A stretch of DNA of 64,000 nucleotides from Squalus acanthias. Taxonomy: Eukaryota. Shown here piece after piece: positions 1 to 11,358 of this stretch. The stretch is taken from NCBI GenBank assembly GCA_030390025.1, contig CM059432.1:113834001-113898000 (forward strand), given 5' to 3'. The notes under the pieces are model-generated. The model had not been told where the DNA came from. It saw only the letters and a list, made by a program, of their open reading frames with translations, and made no database searches. The number at the start of each line of letters is the position of its first letter. Position 1 is the stretch's first letter. The position numbers were made by a program, and so were the translations under genes.

Positions 1-603
1 CCAGCGATGGGCTGGCCATCTACTGCCAGCCTCAAATGAACCCAGGCGTAGGTGCCAGCATCATGCCCCTGCATATTTTCCAGACCTAACTGCATACTGG
101 CACTGCAATAAATAGCAACCATCATGCATTCAGAAGGGAAAGATTCTGCATTTTCCAACAAAATATGGAAGTTAGTGAAACAACGGCATTATGAATTTTA
201 ATATGGACAAGGCTAATGTACTATACTAGGAAGAAAAAGAAGAAAAAGAGTAACATAAGTACTCCATGAATTGTTGGAACAGAAAATTTGAAGCTGTAAA
301 TGATCTGGGGCTCTAAAAAGACTCAATGCTAAACATTTCCATTCACTGCGGAGTAGTAATCAACAAAGTAAAAAGCCAGAACACCAAAGCATAAGTCAGA
401 GGTAGTCATACTCAATCTGTGTAGTGCTTTGGTCAGATCGCACATTGGGGACTGTGCCCAGTTCTGACCATTGAATTACAATGGAGATATTCAAGACCTC
501 AAAACTGTTCATAGAAGAACCATGAGATTGATTCCTAACATCAGAGGACTGAGTTTGTCAAGAAAGACTGAAAAAATGTGGGATTTCAACCTTGAATGGA
601 GGT

Positions 604-815
604 CATAATGTGGAGATGCCGGTGTTGGACTGGGGTGGACAAATGTGAGAAGTCGCACAACACCAGGTTATAGTCCAACAGGTTTATTTGAAATCACAAG
701 CTTTCGGAGCGCTGCTCCTTCGTGACTTCACCTGACGAAGGAGCAGCGCTCCGAAAGCTTGTGATTTCAAATAAACCTGTTAGACTATAACCTGGTGTTG
801 TGCGACTTCTCACAA
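604..815 (+). mobile_element. Small Penelope-like non-autonomous insertion forming an 80-bp inverted repeat
   Basis: Arms 644-723 and 735-814 with 1 mismatch. 12-bp TSD TTGAATGGAGGT at 592-603 and 816-827. Same family as 32534-32708. Confidence 0.8.
728..764 (+). ncRNA. Minimal type I hammerhead ribozyme motif
   Basis: TCAC-CTGACGA-A-GGAGC-AGC-GCTCC-GAAA-GC-TT-GTGA: CUGANGA and GAAA cores, stem II, palindromic AAGCTT in place of stem III, stem I TCAC/GTGA. Confidence 0.7.
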
Positions 816-1404
816 TTGAATGGAGGTGACTGAGAGGTGATCTTATCAAGGTGTATAAGATAATAAACAATAAAGAAAAGGTAGATCCAGAACACTACTT
901 CAAACTAAAGCATGAGAGTATAACAGGGGGACATGGGTTGAAACAAGTAAAAGCCAAATTTAGGACTGATGTTGAGACATTTTTCTTCCCACAAAGCGTT
1001 GCTATGGATGGCCTTTTGAGTACAGTAATGGAGGCAAAAAACATGTAATCATTTAATAAAAAAACAATATGATGCCTTTATATGTGGGACTGTAGGATCT
1101 TTCTGGATGAATGACCTATGGTGAGTCTTATGACCTTCCTCATTTGTACATAAATTGTGATCTTGGAATTTCTTTGTTCAGTCAGATGCATAACATGCAC
1201 AAATACCCATGGAGTATATGTTCTCTTTGCAAAGAGGGATACCCCACTTACCAAAGACCAGCAAATTTAGGCACAGGTTGGCTTAGGGACTGCCAAGGAA
1301 TTGTGCTGGAGTTTAACCAGCTAAAACTGCTCACCTTACCAGCATCAACTACTAATAAGCTTTCTCCTGCTTGTCCGGCGAGGACCACTCTACATCAGCT
1401 TTTC

Positions 1405-2018
1405 GGGATGTCCAGAGAAGTAGAGGAGTTATGCTGAACCTTTATAAAGCGCTGGTTAGGCCACAACTGGAGTATTGCATCCAGTTCTGGTCACCATACT
1501 TTAGGAAGGATGTAAAGGCATTTGTGAGGGTGCAGAGGAGATTTACCAGAATGGTTCCAGGAATGGGGGATCTTAGCTACAAGGACAGGTTGGAGAAGCT
1601 GGGTTTGTTTTCATTAGAGCAAAGGAGGTTGAAGGGTGATTTGACAGAGGTGCACAAGATTATGATGGGTTTGGATAGGCTAGATGGGGAAAGGCTGTTC
1701 TCACTAGTTGATGGTACAAGGACTAGGGGACACAGATTTAAGGTTTTGGGCAAGAGATACGGGGGGGATGTGAGGAAAAACCTTTTTACGCAGCGAGTGG
1801 TGAGGACCTGGAACTCGCTGCCGACGGAAGTGGTGGAAGCGGAGACACTCAATGTTTTCAAGGGGAGACTGGATAGACACTTGAGGGAAATAAACTTGCA
1901 GGGCTACGGGGATAGAGCGGGGGAATGGGACTGACTGGATTGCTCTACAGAGAGCTGGCACGGACTTGATGGACCGAATGGCCTCCTTCTGTGCAGTTAT
2001 GACTATGACTCTATGACT
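1405..2018 (+). mobile_element. CR1 LINE 3' fragment
   Basis: ORF 1371..1934 (LYKALVRPQLEYCIQFWSP...TRGH...WNSLP) followed by a CR1 3' UTR and (ctatga)n tail. Confidence 0.9.
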
Positions 2019-2162
2019 CGATTGCTGGAGAAAAAAGGAAAACAAGAAACAATTAAAAAGGAAAGAAATAACATGACAAAGTGTTGGGGGAGTGAGAAAC
2101 AAAGCAGTGAACGAAAAGTAATAAATGCCAAGCTTAACTTTGTATCTTGATAATCTTCTTAC

Positions 2163-2450
2163 CGAGTTAGCTGCAGCGTTCAGTGACTTCTTGGAATTCC
2201 GTGATGATTTTCCTGAAGATCTTTTCCTTATTATCTTATCATACAAAAAGTATACTCGGTCCCTTTGAGCTTCTGGGTAAAATGATGACAAGACCAATAT
2301 TTTTAATGTTGTAAGTTTGGCAGAAAGCAAAGTGAGTAACATCAGGACAGAGGTTATTCCAGCAAGTGGGATCCATATGCCATTAATAGTAAGGGTCGGT
2401 TGAGGAAAGCAATCACTTTTAAACAAAGGTGCTCTATATGAAACCTTTGC
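2163..2450 (-). CDS. DCSTAMP: DC-STAMP, second coding exon (96 codons)
   Basis: Acceptor ttttctacAG at 2452-2451 and donor TCG|GTAAG at 2162, both phase 0 and compatible with the upstream exon. Encodes AKVSYRAPLFKSDCFPQP...WIPLAGI...LKILVLSSFYPEAQRDRVYFLYDKIIRKRS, similar to DC-STAMP LKILVSASFYPSVERKRIQYLHAKLLKKRS. Terminal exon not identified in the window. Confidence 0.9.
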
Positions 2451-2523
2451 CTGTAGAAAACAAAGGGAACAAATATGTGCATTAATGTACAGATATCCTA
2501 TTGTAGCCTCCTTAGAACATAAG

Positions 2524-3288
2524 GGCCCGAAAATTAGACCTAATACGGGAGATTACGCACTGTGCACTCTCGCGTATTAGGTCCCGAAGTGCCGGTTTCC
2601 TGCATGCACTGCGCATGTGCGGGAAACCGGCACTTCGGGTATTGCGAAGGGGGCGGTTCCTAAGTGAACCGCGTGCGCACTACAGGTTGCACGCACGCAG
2701 CACACTTAGTTTTTTTTTCAGCTTTGAACGCGCAGGTAAGTGGTGAAGATTTTACACATGAAGAAAGCAGGCGTAAGACCCCCTTTTAACAAGGTAAGTA
2801 GTTAATTAAGTATTATTTTAAAAAATTTCAACAGGTTTATCTTTTTTAGAGACTTTAAAGAAAGGTAAGTTTATTTTTATAACTTTTAAAAAGAATTTAA
2901 ATTTTTTCAAAAATGTAAATTTTTGTTTAAAGTGTTTAATTTATTTAACTATAGTTATTTTATTAATGTGATGGCTTTTTGTTTTAATTTAATTGAGGTT
3001 TAGCTGTTCTTTTGGGGGCTTGTTGTATTCATAGTTTTGACAGCTCTTCCTGTCAAAACTATGAATGAAAGATGGTGTGCTGCCATTGGCTCTAACTGGC
3101 CCACGTGATCCCAGAGGTCGCATCAAACTAATTGCGCCTCTGGGACATGCACACACTGCGCGCTGGCACCAGGGAGAGGCCCAGGAACTGAAGTTCGTGT
3201 GGGCCAAAACCATAAAGGCAGGCGCGGAGTGCGATATCGCGGGGGATCCTTACCCCCGCGGCAACCATCGAACTCCAATTTCTGGGCC
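2524..3288. mobile_element. Harbinger-type MITE (family M1), copy 1
   Basis: TIR GGCCCGAAAATT/AATTTCTGGGCC, 3-bp TSD AAG, inserted in the (AGAACAT)n tail of a CR1. Homologous along its length to 62687-63430. Confidence 0.85.
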
Positions 3289-3730
3289 AAGAACATAAAA
3301 AATAGTAGCAGGAGTAAATCATTTGGCCCCTCGAGCCTGCTACGCCATTCAATATGATCATGGCTGATCTTCTACCTCAACTCCACTTTCCTGCACTATC
3401 CCCATATCCCTTGATTCCCTTAATATCCAAAAATCTATCAATCTCTGTCTTGAATATACTCAATGATTGAGCCTCCACAGCCCTCTGGGGTAGAGAATTC
3501 CAAAGATTCACCACCCTCTGAGTGAAGAAATTTCTCCTCATCTCAGTCCTAAATGACTGACACCTTATTCTGAGACTGTGACCCCTGGTTCTAGACTCTC
3601 CAGCCAGGGGAAACAACCTCCCTGCATCTACCCTGTCAAACCCTGTAAGAATTGTGTATGTTTCAATGAGACCACCTCTCATTCTTCTAAACTCTAGAGA
3701 ATATAGGCCCAGTCTACTCAATCTCTCCTC
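3289..3730 (-). mobile_element. CR1 LINE 3' fragment
   Basis: ORF 3377..3742 (LGLYSLEFRRMRG...FFTQRVVNLWNSLP) and AGAACATA tail. Confidence 0.9.
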
Positions 3731-4188
3731 TAGGAAGGACATGAAGGCTTTGGAGAGGGTACAGAAGAGATTTACTGGAATGGTTCCAGGGATGAGGGAT
3801 TACAGTTACATGGGTAGACTGGAAAAGCTGGGGCTGTTCTGCTTCGAGCAGTGAAGGCTAAGAGGAGATTTGATAGAGGTGTTTAAAATCATAAAGGGTT
3901 TAGATAGAGTAAATAAAGAGAAAATGTTTCCAGTGATTGAAGGGTCGATAACCAGAGAGCACAGATTTAAGGTGATTGGCAAAAGAACCAGAGGCGACAT
4001 GAGGAAAAACTTTTTTACGCAATGAGATTCAATAGTAGCCTTCAAAAGGGAATTGGATAAATATTTGGAATGAGAACAAATTGCAGGGATATGAGGAAAG
4101 AGCGGGGGGAGTGGGACTAACTGGATTGCTCTTCCAAAGAGCCGAATGGCCTGCTTCTGTGCTGTACTATTTTATGATTCTATGATTC
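3731..4188 (+). mobile_element. CR1 LINE 3' fragment
   Basis: RKDMKALERVQKRFT motif, CR1 3' UTR, (ctatgatt) tail. Confidence 0.88.
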
Positions 4189-4525
4189 TGCATACACCAG
4201 TTATAATATAGCATGAATCTTGTGCATCAGTAGATTATATCTGTACAGCATACTGAAAGGTGACCTGGTATATATTCTGTATCTAATGGCTAACCATCAC
4301 CTTGTGTTTATCACAAGCAATAACAACTGAAGGTTTTATTATATTTTTGCTATACATGCTGTTTTTTAGACTAGAATTTGATAAGCATGGCAGGTGCTTT
4401 AATACCTTCTATATTTTTATAAGGAGCAGCTTTCACCTCCTCAGAAGAGACTGTCTACCAAACTGACTATCTTGTGATGATTAAAGTCATAATGAGTAGG
4501 TAGTTCCAGACCCATTAAAGTTATA

Positions 4526-5201
4526 GGGGTAGATTTTGACCTTGTGCAATAGTGTTAAATGGGTGATAGCAAATCGGCAAACTGCTTACATCTGTCCCAC
4601 TTGGAAATAAAAATCGTCAGAGATTCTGGCCAACACATTTTAGGAAGGATGTCAAGGCCTTACAGAGGGTGCAGAGGAGATTTACTAGAATGATTCTAGG
4701 GATGAGGGACTTCAGTTACGTGGAGAGACTGGAGAAGCTGGGGTTGTTCTCCTTAGAGCAGGGAAGGTTAAGGGGAGATTTAATAGAGGCGTTCAAAATC
4801 ATAGAGTAAATAAAGAGAAACTGTTTCCACTGGCAGGAGGATCGGTACCCAGAGGACACAGTTTTAAGGTGATTGGCAAAAGAGCCAGAGGTGAGAGGAG
4901 GAGAATTTTTTTTACGCAGCGAGTTGTTGTGATCTGGAATTCACTGCCTGAAAGGATGGTGGAAGCAAATTCAACAGTAACTTTCAAAAAGGAATTGGAT
5001 AAATACTTGAAGGGGAGAAAGTTGCAGGGCTATGGGGAAAGAGCAGGGGAGTGAGACTAAATGAATAGCTCTTTCAAAGAGCCGGCACAGGCACAATGGT
5101 ATGAATGGTCTCCTTCTGTGCTCTATATGATTCTATGTTAAACGAGCTTCCGATTCCCAATCGCCCATTTTACACTATCGCACAACGTCAAAATCTACCC
5201 C
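4526..5201. mobile_element. Small Harbinger-like MITE with a nested CR1 3' fragment (about 4623-5136, + strand)
   Basis: 15-bp perfect TIR GGGGTAGATTTTGAC/GTCAAAATCTACCCC that extends imperfectly inward. Internal CR1 ORF2 end (ORF 4869..5054). A related degenerate MITE lies at about 5953-6100. Confidence 0.75.
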
Positions 5202-6645
5202 GAATAGCTTAAGTCATATGTTCGGGGGCTCATTTCAATATCTTACTCCCTGACTTCTCATTTTCTAGATATTAATGTGAATATAAATAAATGTTATCAG
5301 AGAAATTCTACTGAAAAATCAAGAGCCTCCTTATTAAATATGGCATCTCTGGTGTTACATATGAATATACAAAAAAGATGAAAGGAGAAAGACCAGCTGG
5401 TCCATTGAGTCTGTCCCATTCAGCCATTTGGCAACTAAGCAACACAACACCCAATACCGAGCAGAAGTCCTGTAATCTCCTGGGAGAGGCAAAAAAACAA
5501 ATTAAAAAAGAACCCCAGGCCAATTCAGGGGAAAAAGCAATTCTGGGAAGTAGAACCAGAAGAGACCCAGCAAGGTAAGTAACTACATTTTATTTGAGAT
5601 TTCCTTTCAAGCCCACCAGCGAGGTGGCGGATCTGGCTGGGTTCAGGAGGGAATCGGAGAAAATTTATGGAAATGAGGCCCGGCCATTAAAATCAGCCGG
5701 GCCTTGCCGTCCGGTGTGCTGCCCACTTCAGAGCTGGCACACACTGCTCCCGTGCCACCGAGCGCCCCCATTAACATTGGGGCCACTGTGCCTCTTGGCC
5801 ATTAGAATGTTACCAGAAGTCAAAGAAGGAGCAATAGTGACTATGGTTATGTGCAGAGCATTACACACCTGACTGCAAATGACCCCAGTCTCTAAGATAA
5901 ATTGTGGATTGCTTAGCAATTATTCAGGATTTTAGTTCTCATTTAAACACCTTGGGGGCAATTTAAACTTGTGGCGACAGTGTAAAATGACTGATATTGG
6001 ATCGACCGCCCTTTAGTATGAAAATTGGGAAGGGTGTGCAACCAACGGATGATCCGATATCAATCATTGTAAATATTGTCAAAAGTTACATTTACCCCCC
6101 ATTGATTAGAATGTGCGTATCCCAGTAAAGTTTCTACTTAACATAAGAAATGTTTAGGAACAGGAAAAGGTCATTAGGCTCAACAAGCCTGGCCCTTTTC
6201 ATAGACCTAAGTAACCATTCTATATGTGAATGTTAGCAGGCTTTCTGACCGGGGGGGCACCATCACAGTTGAGTCCTGTCCTGCCTTCGTGTGTACCACG
6301 AGCGCACACATACATTCCAGTTGGGTCACTGGATATTGAAATGAAGCAGGAATACTGGCTGACTTTCCTCTTTCCACCTCATGGATGCTTAGGCCACTTG
6401 TAGCTTTCTCATTACCTGGCTGAGATAAAATAATTTAGCACAGACTAGGGATTGAACTGGGGACCTTCCAGATTTGTTTGGCTCCCTCTCACAGAGCACA
6501 AGACATTCACCCACAGAACCATTGGGTTCAGCTTCTTTGGTGGGTGTTATTCATATTACAAATGGTAAAAATGAAATACATTATTATTTTCATAATACAT
6601 ATTTGAACTAATTGCAGCACAAAAAAATGTTCTAGGAGAACTTAC

Positions 6646-7659
6646 CTGTGAGGACAAACTAAGGTTCATTTCAGGTAGAGACACAAAATGAATTCTTATT
6701 GAAGAAATGAGCAGGTACAGTCCATAATCAGTCACTATTATTATTGCCCAATGAAGTAAGTTAGCAGAAATAGGAGTAAAGAATTTCACCGTGACTTTCC
6801 ATTCCTTTGCCGTTAAATGCAGCAATGGGACCTTTATGAAACGTTTCTTCTCCTTTTTAGTTAGCGGAAACAATGGAGGTTTCCCTTGGTTGCTTTTTTT
6901 TTCATCCAGCTCCACAAACTGTTTTGTAATGAATACATTTTCAAATTCAACATTGTGCACATACTTTCTGATGTAGAGCCCAGTGGATATTAAGACCAGC
7001 AAAACACCAAATATGGCCACGGAACTTTTGGCGACCCAGAGCACAGTGTCAAAGGTTGATATTAGACGATGACCAAGGTTCTCCAAATGATGTCTGGTTG
7101 CATTGAGATGGTTTTGTAGATCTCCCTCTATTCTCAGTGTTGCAGCGGGAGAATGAATCTTAAATATGTTTATTGTTTTGTCTCTTATATAATTGGGTAA
7201 CCATTCAATTACTTGAATATATTTTTCCAAAAGATCTTTGATAGAGGAGAGCTTATCCTCCAGATAGCAGATAATGCACTGTGCCAATCCTTTTAAATTG
7301 TGAAAGCTGTTTTGGGCACAGTTAAAGAGCACCACACCGGTGCCTGCTGTTATCAGAGCGTTGCGGCCTTGTTGTGTTCCACATGAAATGAGGAATATCA
7401 GAGTGAAGCATCTGAGATACTTTGAAAGAAACAAAGCTGCAGGAGTGACGGCAGCAAAGATCCCACACACCGCCAGAGCCACTGAGAGGCTGCATTGTAA
7501 TGCTCGCAAGCTGACATAGAGGATGCCACTGGCCCCCAGTCCCATCAGAAGACAAAGTGAGATCAGGCACAGAATGTTCTTCAAACTGGACTTTCGTTCT
7601 GATGCAAACAGGTCCCAAAGAATTGCTAACAGTTGTGTTATTATCTTGAGCAGAGGCAT
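6646..7659 (-). CDS. DCSTAMP: DC-STAMP (TM7SF4), first coding exon, 338 codons
   Basis: Translation MPLLKII...LWDLFAS...SKYLRCF...SCGTQQGRNALITAGTGVV...NSFHNLKGL...FENVFITKQFVELDE...DYGLYLLI matches DC-STAMP motifs as I recall them (SKHARCF, GRNALIAAGTG, YENIYITRQF). Acceptor tttacAG at 7681-7680 lies 20 nt upstream of the ATG (7659). Donor CAG|GTAAG at 6645, phase 0. Confidence 0.93.
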
Positions 7660-8174
7660 TTTTGTTCGAACACTGTTCTCTGTAAATCCAACAGAAATTA
7701 CATTAGAAAAGGTATAGGGCGGGAAATTGGGCTTGGTAGCGCCCGTTCTTTGGGCACTACGAGTGCACTTAGGGTTCCAAACTGGCGTCCGCAAAGTGCA
7801 TTGGACACCATCTTGGTACAGACGTTAGCACGCATGCAGTTAACTTCTGCCGGAAGTATGCAGAGCAGGCAGACCATGACAGCAATCAGCCATTTGGAGC
7901 CCTCCGCTACAGCCTATGCCCTCTCTTAACCTCGCACAGCTGAACAAATGTTCAGCAGCATGAAGGACCGCCATCAGCGCTATTTAAAGGGATCATCAAC
8001 TACTTACAGGTTAGTTGCTGGTTGAATTCTTCTGGCTATTGCTACAATTCTACACGTTTTTGCTACTTTTGATAGTTGTTTCAAGTTTCAAAAGTCTACA
8101 GGGAATGGTGTGGCAGGTGCTGAAGGACTTTGTCCTAACTGCAAGGCTTCTGCACAAACCAGTTGCTCCAACAC

Positions 8175-11100
8175 ATGGCTGCACTAGTAGGCCTTCCTCT
8201 TTGAATCGTGCATAACTGGGAGAATATGCAGAGGCCACGCAGTGCAGGACAAGCTGCTGGAAGAGGGAGGAGGAGGAGGGGGTCAAGGGCTCTCAGCAGG
8301 AGGCCATATCTGCCCAGGGTGTTCAGGGAGAAATTCTCCTACCTGAACCTCAGCGACGAGCAATATGTGAGACGTCTGCGCTTCACTATGAAGGTCGTCA
8401 CTGAAACCTACCAACTGCTGCAGCCACAACAGCAACCTCAGAGCAGGCCAAGGACCGCAATGCCAGTGGCTGTGAAGGTGACCGTGGCTATGAACTTTGG
8501 TGCGTCTGACTCCTTCCAGGCTGGAGCTGGAGATATTTGCAGCAACTCGCAGTTTGCCATCCACTGTTGCATAATGGAGGTCACTGAAGCTCTCTATTCA
8601 AAGAGAGATAATTTAATTTAATTCCCTCTTGCCAGTGAGAAGCAGGCGGAGCAAGCACGAGGGGTGGCAAGGTTTGCAGGCGTCCCCAAGCTGCAGGGTG
8701 CCACTGACTGCACGGACATTGCTTTGCGGGCACCGCATGTCAACTATGCCATGTACTGGAACGAAATTGATTTCACTCCCTCAACATACAGCTGGTATGT
8801 GACTATAGGCAGCACATCATTCAGGTCATCATACAGGAACATAGGAACAGAAGTAGGCCATTCAGCCCCTCGAGCCTGTTCCACCATTCAATGAGATCAT
8901 GGCTGATCTGCGACCTAACTCCATATACCCGCCTTTGGCCCATATCCCTTAATACCTTTGGTTAACAAAAATCTATCAATCTCCGATTTAAAATTAACAA
9001 TTGATCTAGCATCAATTGCCATTTGCGGAAGAGAGTTCCAAACTTCTACCACCCTTTGTGTGTAGAAGTGTTTCCTAATTTCACTCCTGAAAGGTCTGGC
9101 TCTAATTTTTAGACTATATCCCCTTGTCCTAGAATCCCCAACCAGCGGAAATAGTTTCTCTCGATCTACCCTATCTGTTCCCTTAATATCCTGAAAACTT
9201 CGATCAGATCACCCCTTAACCTTCTAAATTCTAGGGAATACAGCCCTAATTTGTGTAATCTCTCCTCGTAACCTAACCCTTGAAGTCCGGGTATCATTCT
9301 GGTAAACCTACGCTGCACTCCCTCTAAGGCCAATATATCCTTCCTAAGGTGTGGTGCCCAGAACTGCTCACAGTACTCCAGGTGTGGTCTAAGCAGGGTT
9401 TTGTATAGCTGCAGCATAACTTCTACCCCCTTGTATTCTAGTCCTCTAGTTATAAAGGCCAGCATTCCATTAGCCTTTTCGATTATTTTCTGTACCTGTT
9501 CATGACAGTTTAATGATCTATGTACCTGACCCCCAAGTCTCTTTGGACCTCTACTATTTTTAGCTTTACAGCATTTGTAAGGTACCCTGTTCTATCCTTT
9601 TTATGTCCAAAGTGGGTGACCTCACATTTGCTTATGTTGAAATCCATTTGCCACAGTTTTGCCCATTCCCTTAATCTGTCGATATCCCTTTGTAATTTTA
9701 TGCTTTCATCTACACTGCCTACAATGCCACCTATCTTTGTGTCATCTGTAAATTGGATATATGACTTTCTATGCCATCATCTAAGTCGTTAATAAATATT
9801 GTGAATAGTTGAGGCCCCAACACAGATCCCTGCGGGACACCACTAGTCACATCCTGCCAATTAGAGTACCTACCCATTATCCCTACTCTCTGTCTCCTGC
9901 CACTCAGCCAATTTCCTAACCAGGTCAATAATTTGCCCTCAATTCTGTGGGCTTCTACCTTTGATAACAGTCTCTTATGTGGGACTTTATCAAATGCCTT
10001 CTGGAAGTCCATATAAATAACATCCATAGACATTCCCCTGTGACTACTTTAGTCACCTCCTTAAAAAATGTAATCAGGTTTGCCAGGAATGACCTGCCTT
10101 TCACAAATCCATACTGGCTCTCTCTGATCAACTGAAAATTTGAGGTGTTCAGTCACCTTATCCTTAATTATAGACTCTAGCAATTTCCCGACAACAGATG
10201 TTCGGCTAACTGGTCTATAATTCCCTGGTTTCCCTCTCTCGCCTTTCTTAAATAGCTGAGTGACATGCGCAATTTTCCAATCGAAAGGGACGGTTCCTGA
10301 AGCGAGAGAACTTTGGAAGATTATAGTTAGGGCATCTGCAATGTGCTCACCTACTTCCTTTAAAACCCTGGGATGGAAACCATCTGGTCCTGGGGATTTG
10401 TCACTCTTTAGTGCCATTATTTTCTTTACTACTGTTAATTTACTTACATTAATTTTATTGAGTCCCTGTCCCTGATTCAATATTAGATTCCTTGGGATTT
10501 CCGGCATGCTATCCTCTTCTTCTACTGTAAATACTGACGCAAAGTAATTATTCAACATGCCCGTCATTTCCCCATTGTCATTAACAATATTACCACTTTC
10601 AGTTTTTAAGGGGCCAACATTGCTCCTGACCACCCTCTTTTTCCTAATGTAACTATAAAAATTCTTCATATTGATTTTGATATCCCTTGCAAGTTTCTTT
10701 TCATACTCCCTTTTTGTGGCTCTTACTATCTGTTTTGTGGCCCTTTGCTGTTCTTTGTATCTTTCCCATTCGCCAGGATCTGTGCTATTTTTTGCATTTT
10801 GTATGCCCTTTCCTTTAGTTTTATACTGTCCCTTACCTCTTTAGTTGTCCATGGCTGTTTTTTTTGGCAAATAGCGCTCTTGCCCCTCAGGGGTATAAAC
10901 TGGCTCTGTATCACCTTAAATTCTTTTTTGAACATCTCCCACTGATCTTCTGTCGTTTTACCCATGGCTCATGATTCTGGTTCACAACCCACGCACACGT
11001 GCGTAGTATGCATACATTGAGAGCCATGCTGCCACACAAAATATGATCGATCGGACCATTGGCGTGCTGAAGCAACGATTCCACTGCCTGGAACACTCTG

Positions 11101-11358
11101 GTTGAGCCCTGCAGCACTCACCTGAGCAGATGTCAAGATTTGTGGTGGTATGCTGCATGCTGCACAACCTTGCCATTATGAGGGGACAGTCCTTGCCCCC
11201 AACTATCAGGCGAGAAGCTGAGAAGCAGGAGCACGAGGAAAAGAAGTAGGAAGAGGAGGAGGCGGAAGAGGAGGAAGAGGAAGGGAGGCTGCAACCTAGA
11301 CAGCTGCTTTCTGCCCGGGCTGTACGTGCTGAACTAATTCAAGTGCAATACCAGTAAC
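8175..11358 (+). pseudogene. Harbinger (HARBI1-like, DDE_Tnp_4) transposase pseudogene, split by a CR1
   Basis: RRLRFT...AVKVTVAMNF...SFQ and QGATDCTDIALRAP before 8830. WLM..., IGVLKQRFHCL and CCMLHN after 10964. Contains stops and frameshifts. Confidence 0.85.
8830..10964 (-). mobile_element. CR1 LINE, 5'-truncated ORF2 with RT domain
   Basis: ORFs 10061..10669 (KSPGPDG, NYRPVS), 9731..10033 ([17 protein letters not shown]) and 9166..9465. AGGAACAT tail at about 8830-8850. Confidence 0.93.

Larger units (their letters stand above)
170..1070 (+). mobile_element. Old, degenerate CR1 LINE 3' fragment, interrupted by the 604-815 insertion
   Basis: Decayed ORF2 C-terminal motifs (RGDLIxVYKI, TGGHGLK, FFFPQ in ORF 851..1048). 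Boundaries approximate. Confidence 0.65.

Noticed and set aside
1704..2162. C-terminal part of ORF 1704..2426 as a DCSTAMP extension
   Set aside because: It reads through a strong donor at 2162 into intron and antisense CR1 sequence.
3289..4188. Head-to-head CR1 pieces as one twin-primed inverted insertion
   Set aside because: Both pieces have their own 3' ends with different tails, so they are two independent insertions.
6200..6530. Ancient tRNA-derived SINE remnants (also about 53665-53980)
   Set aside because: Probably real but too degenerate to bound or classify by eye.
7660..7794. N-terminal 45 residues of ORF 6556..7794 (and its C-terminal tail past 6646)
   Set aside because: These are UTR, intron and Harbinger TIR sequence. 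Splice sites and homology place the CDS at 7659-6646.
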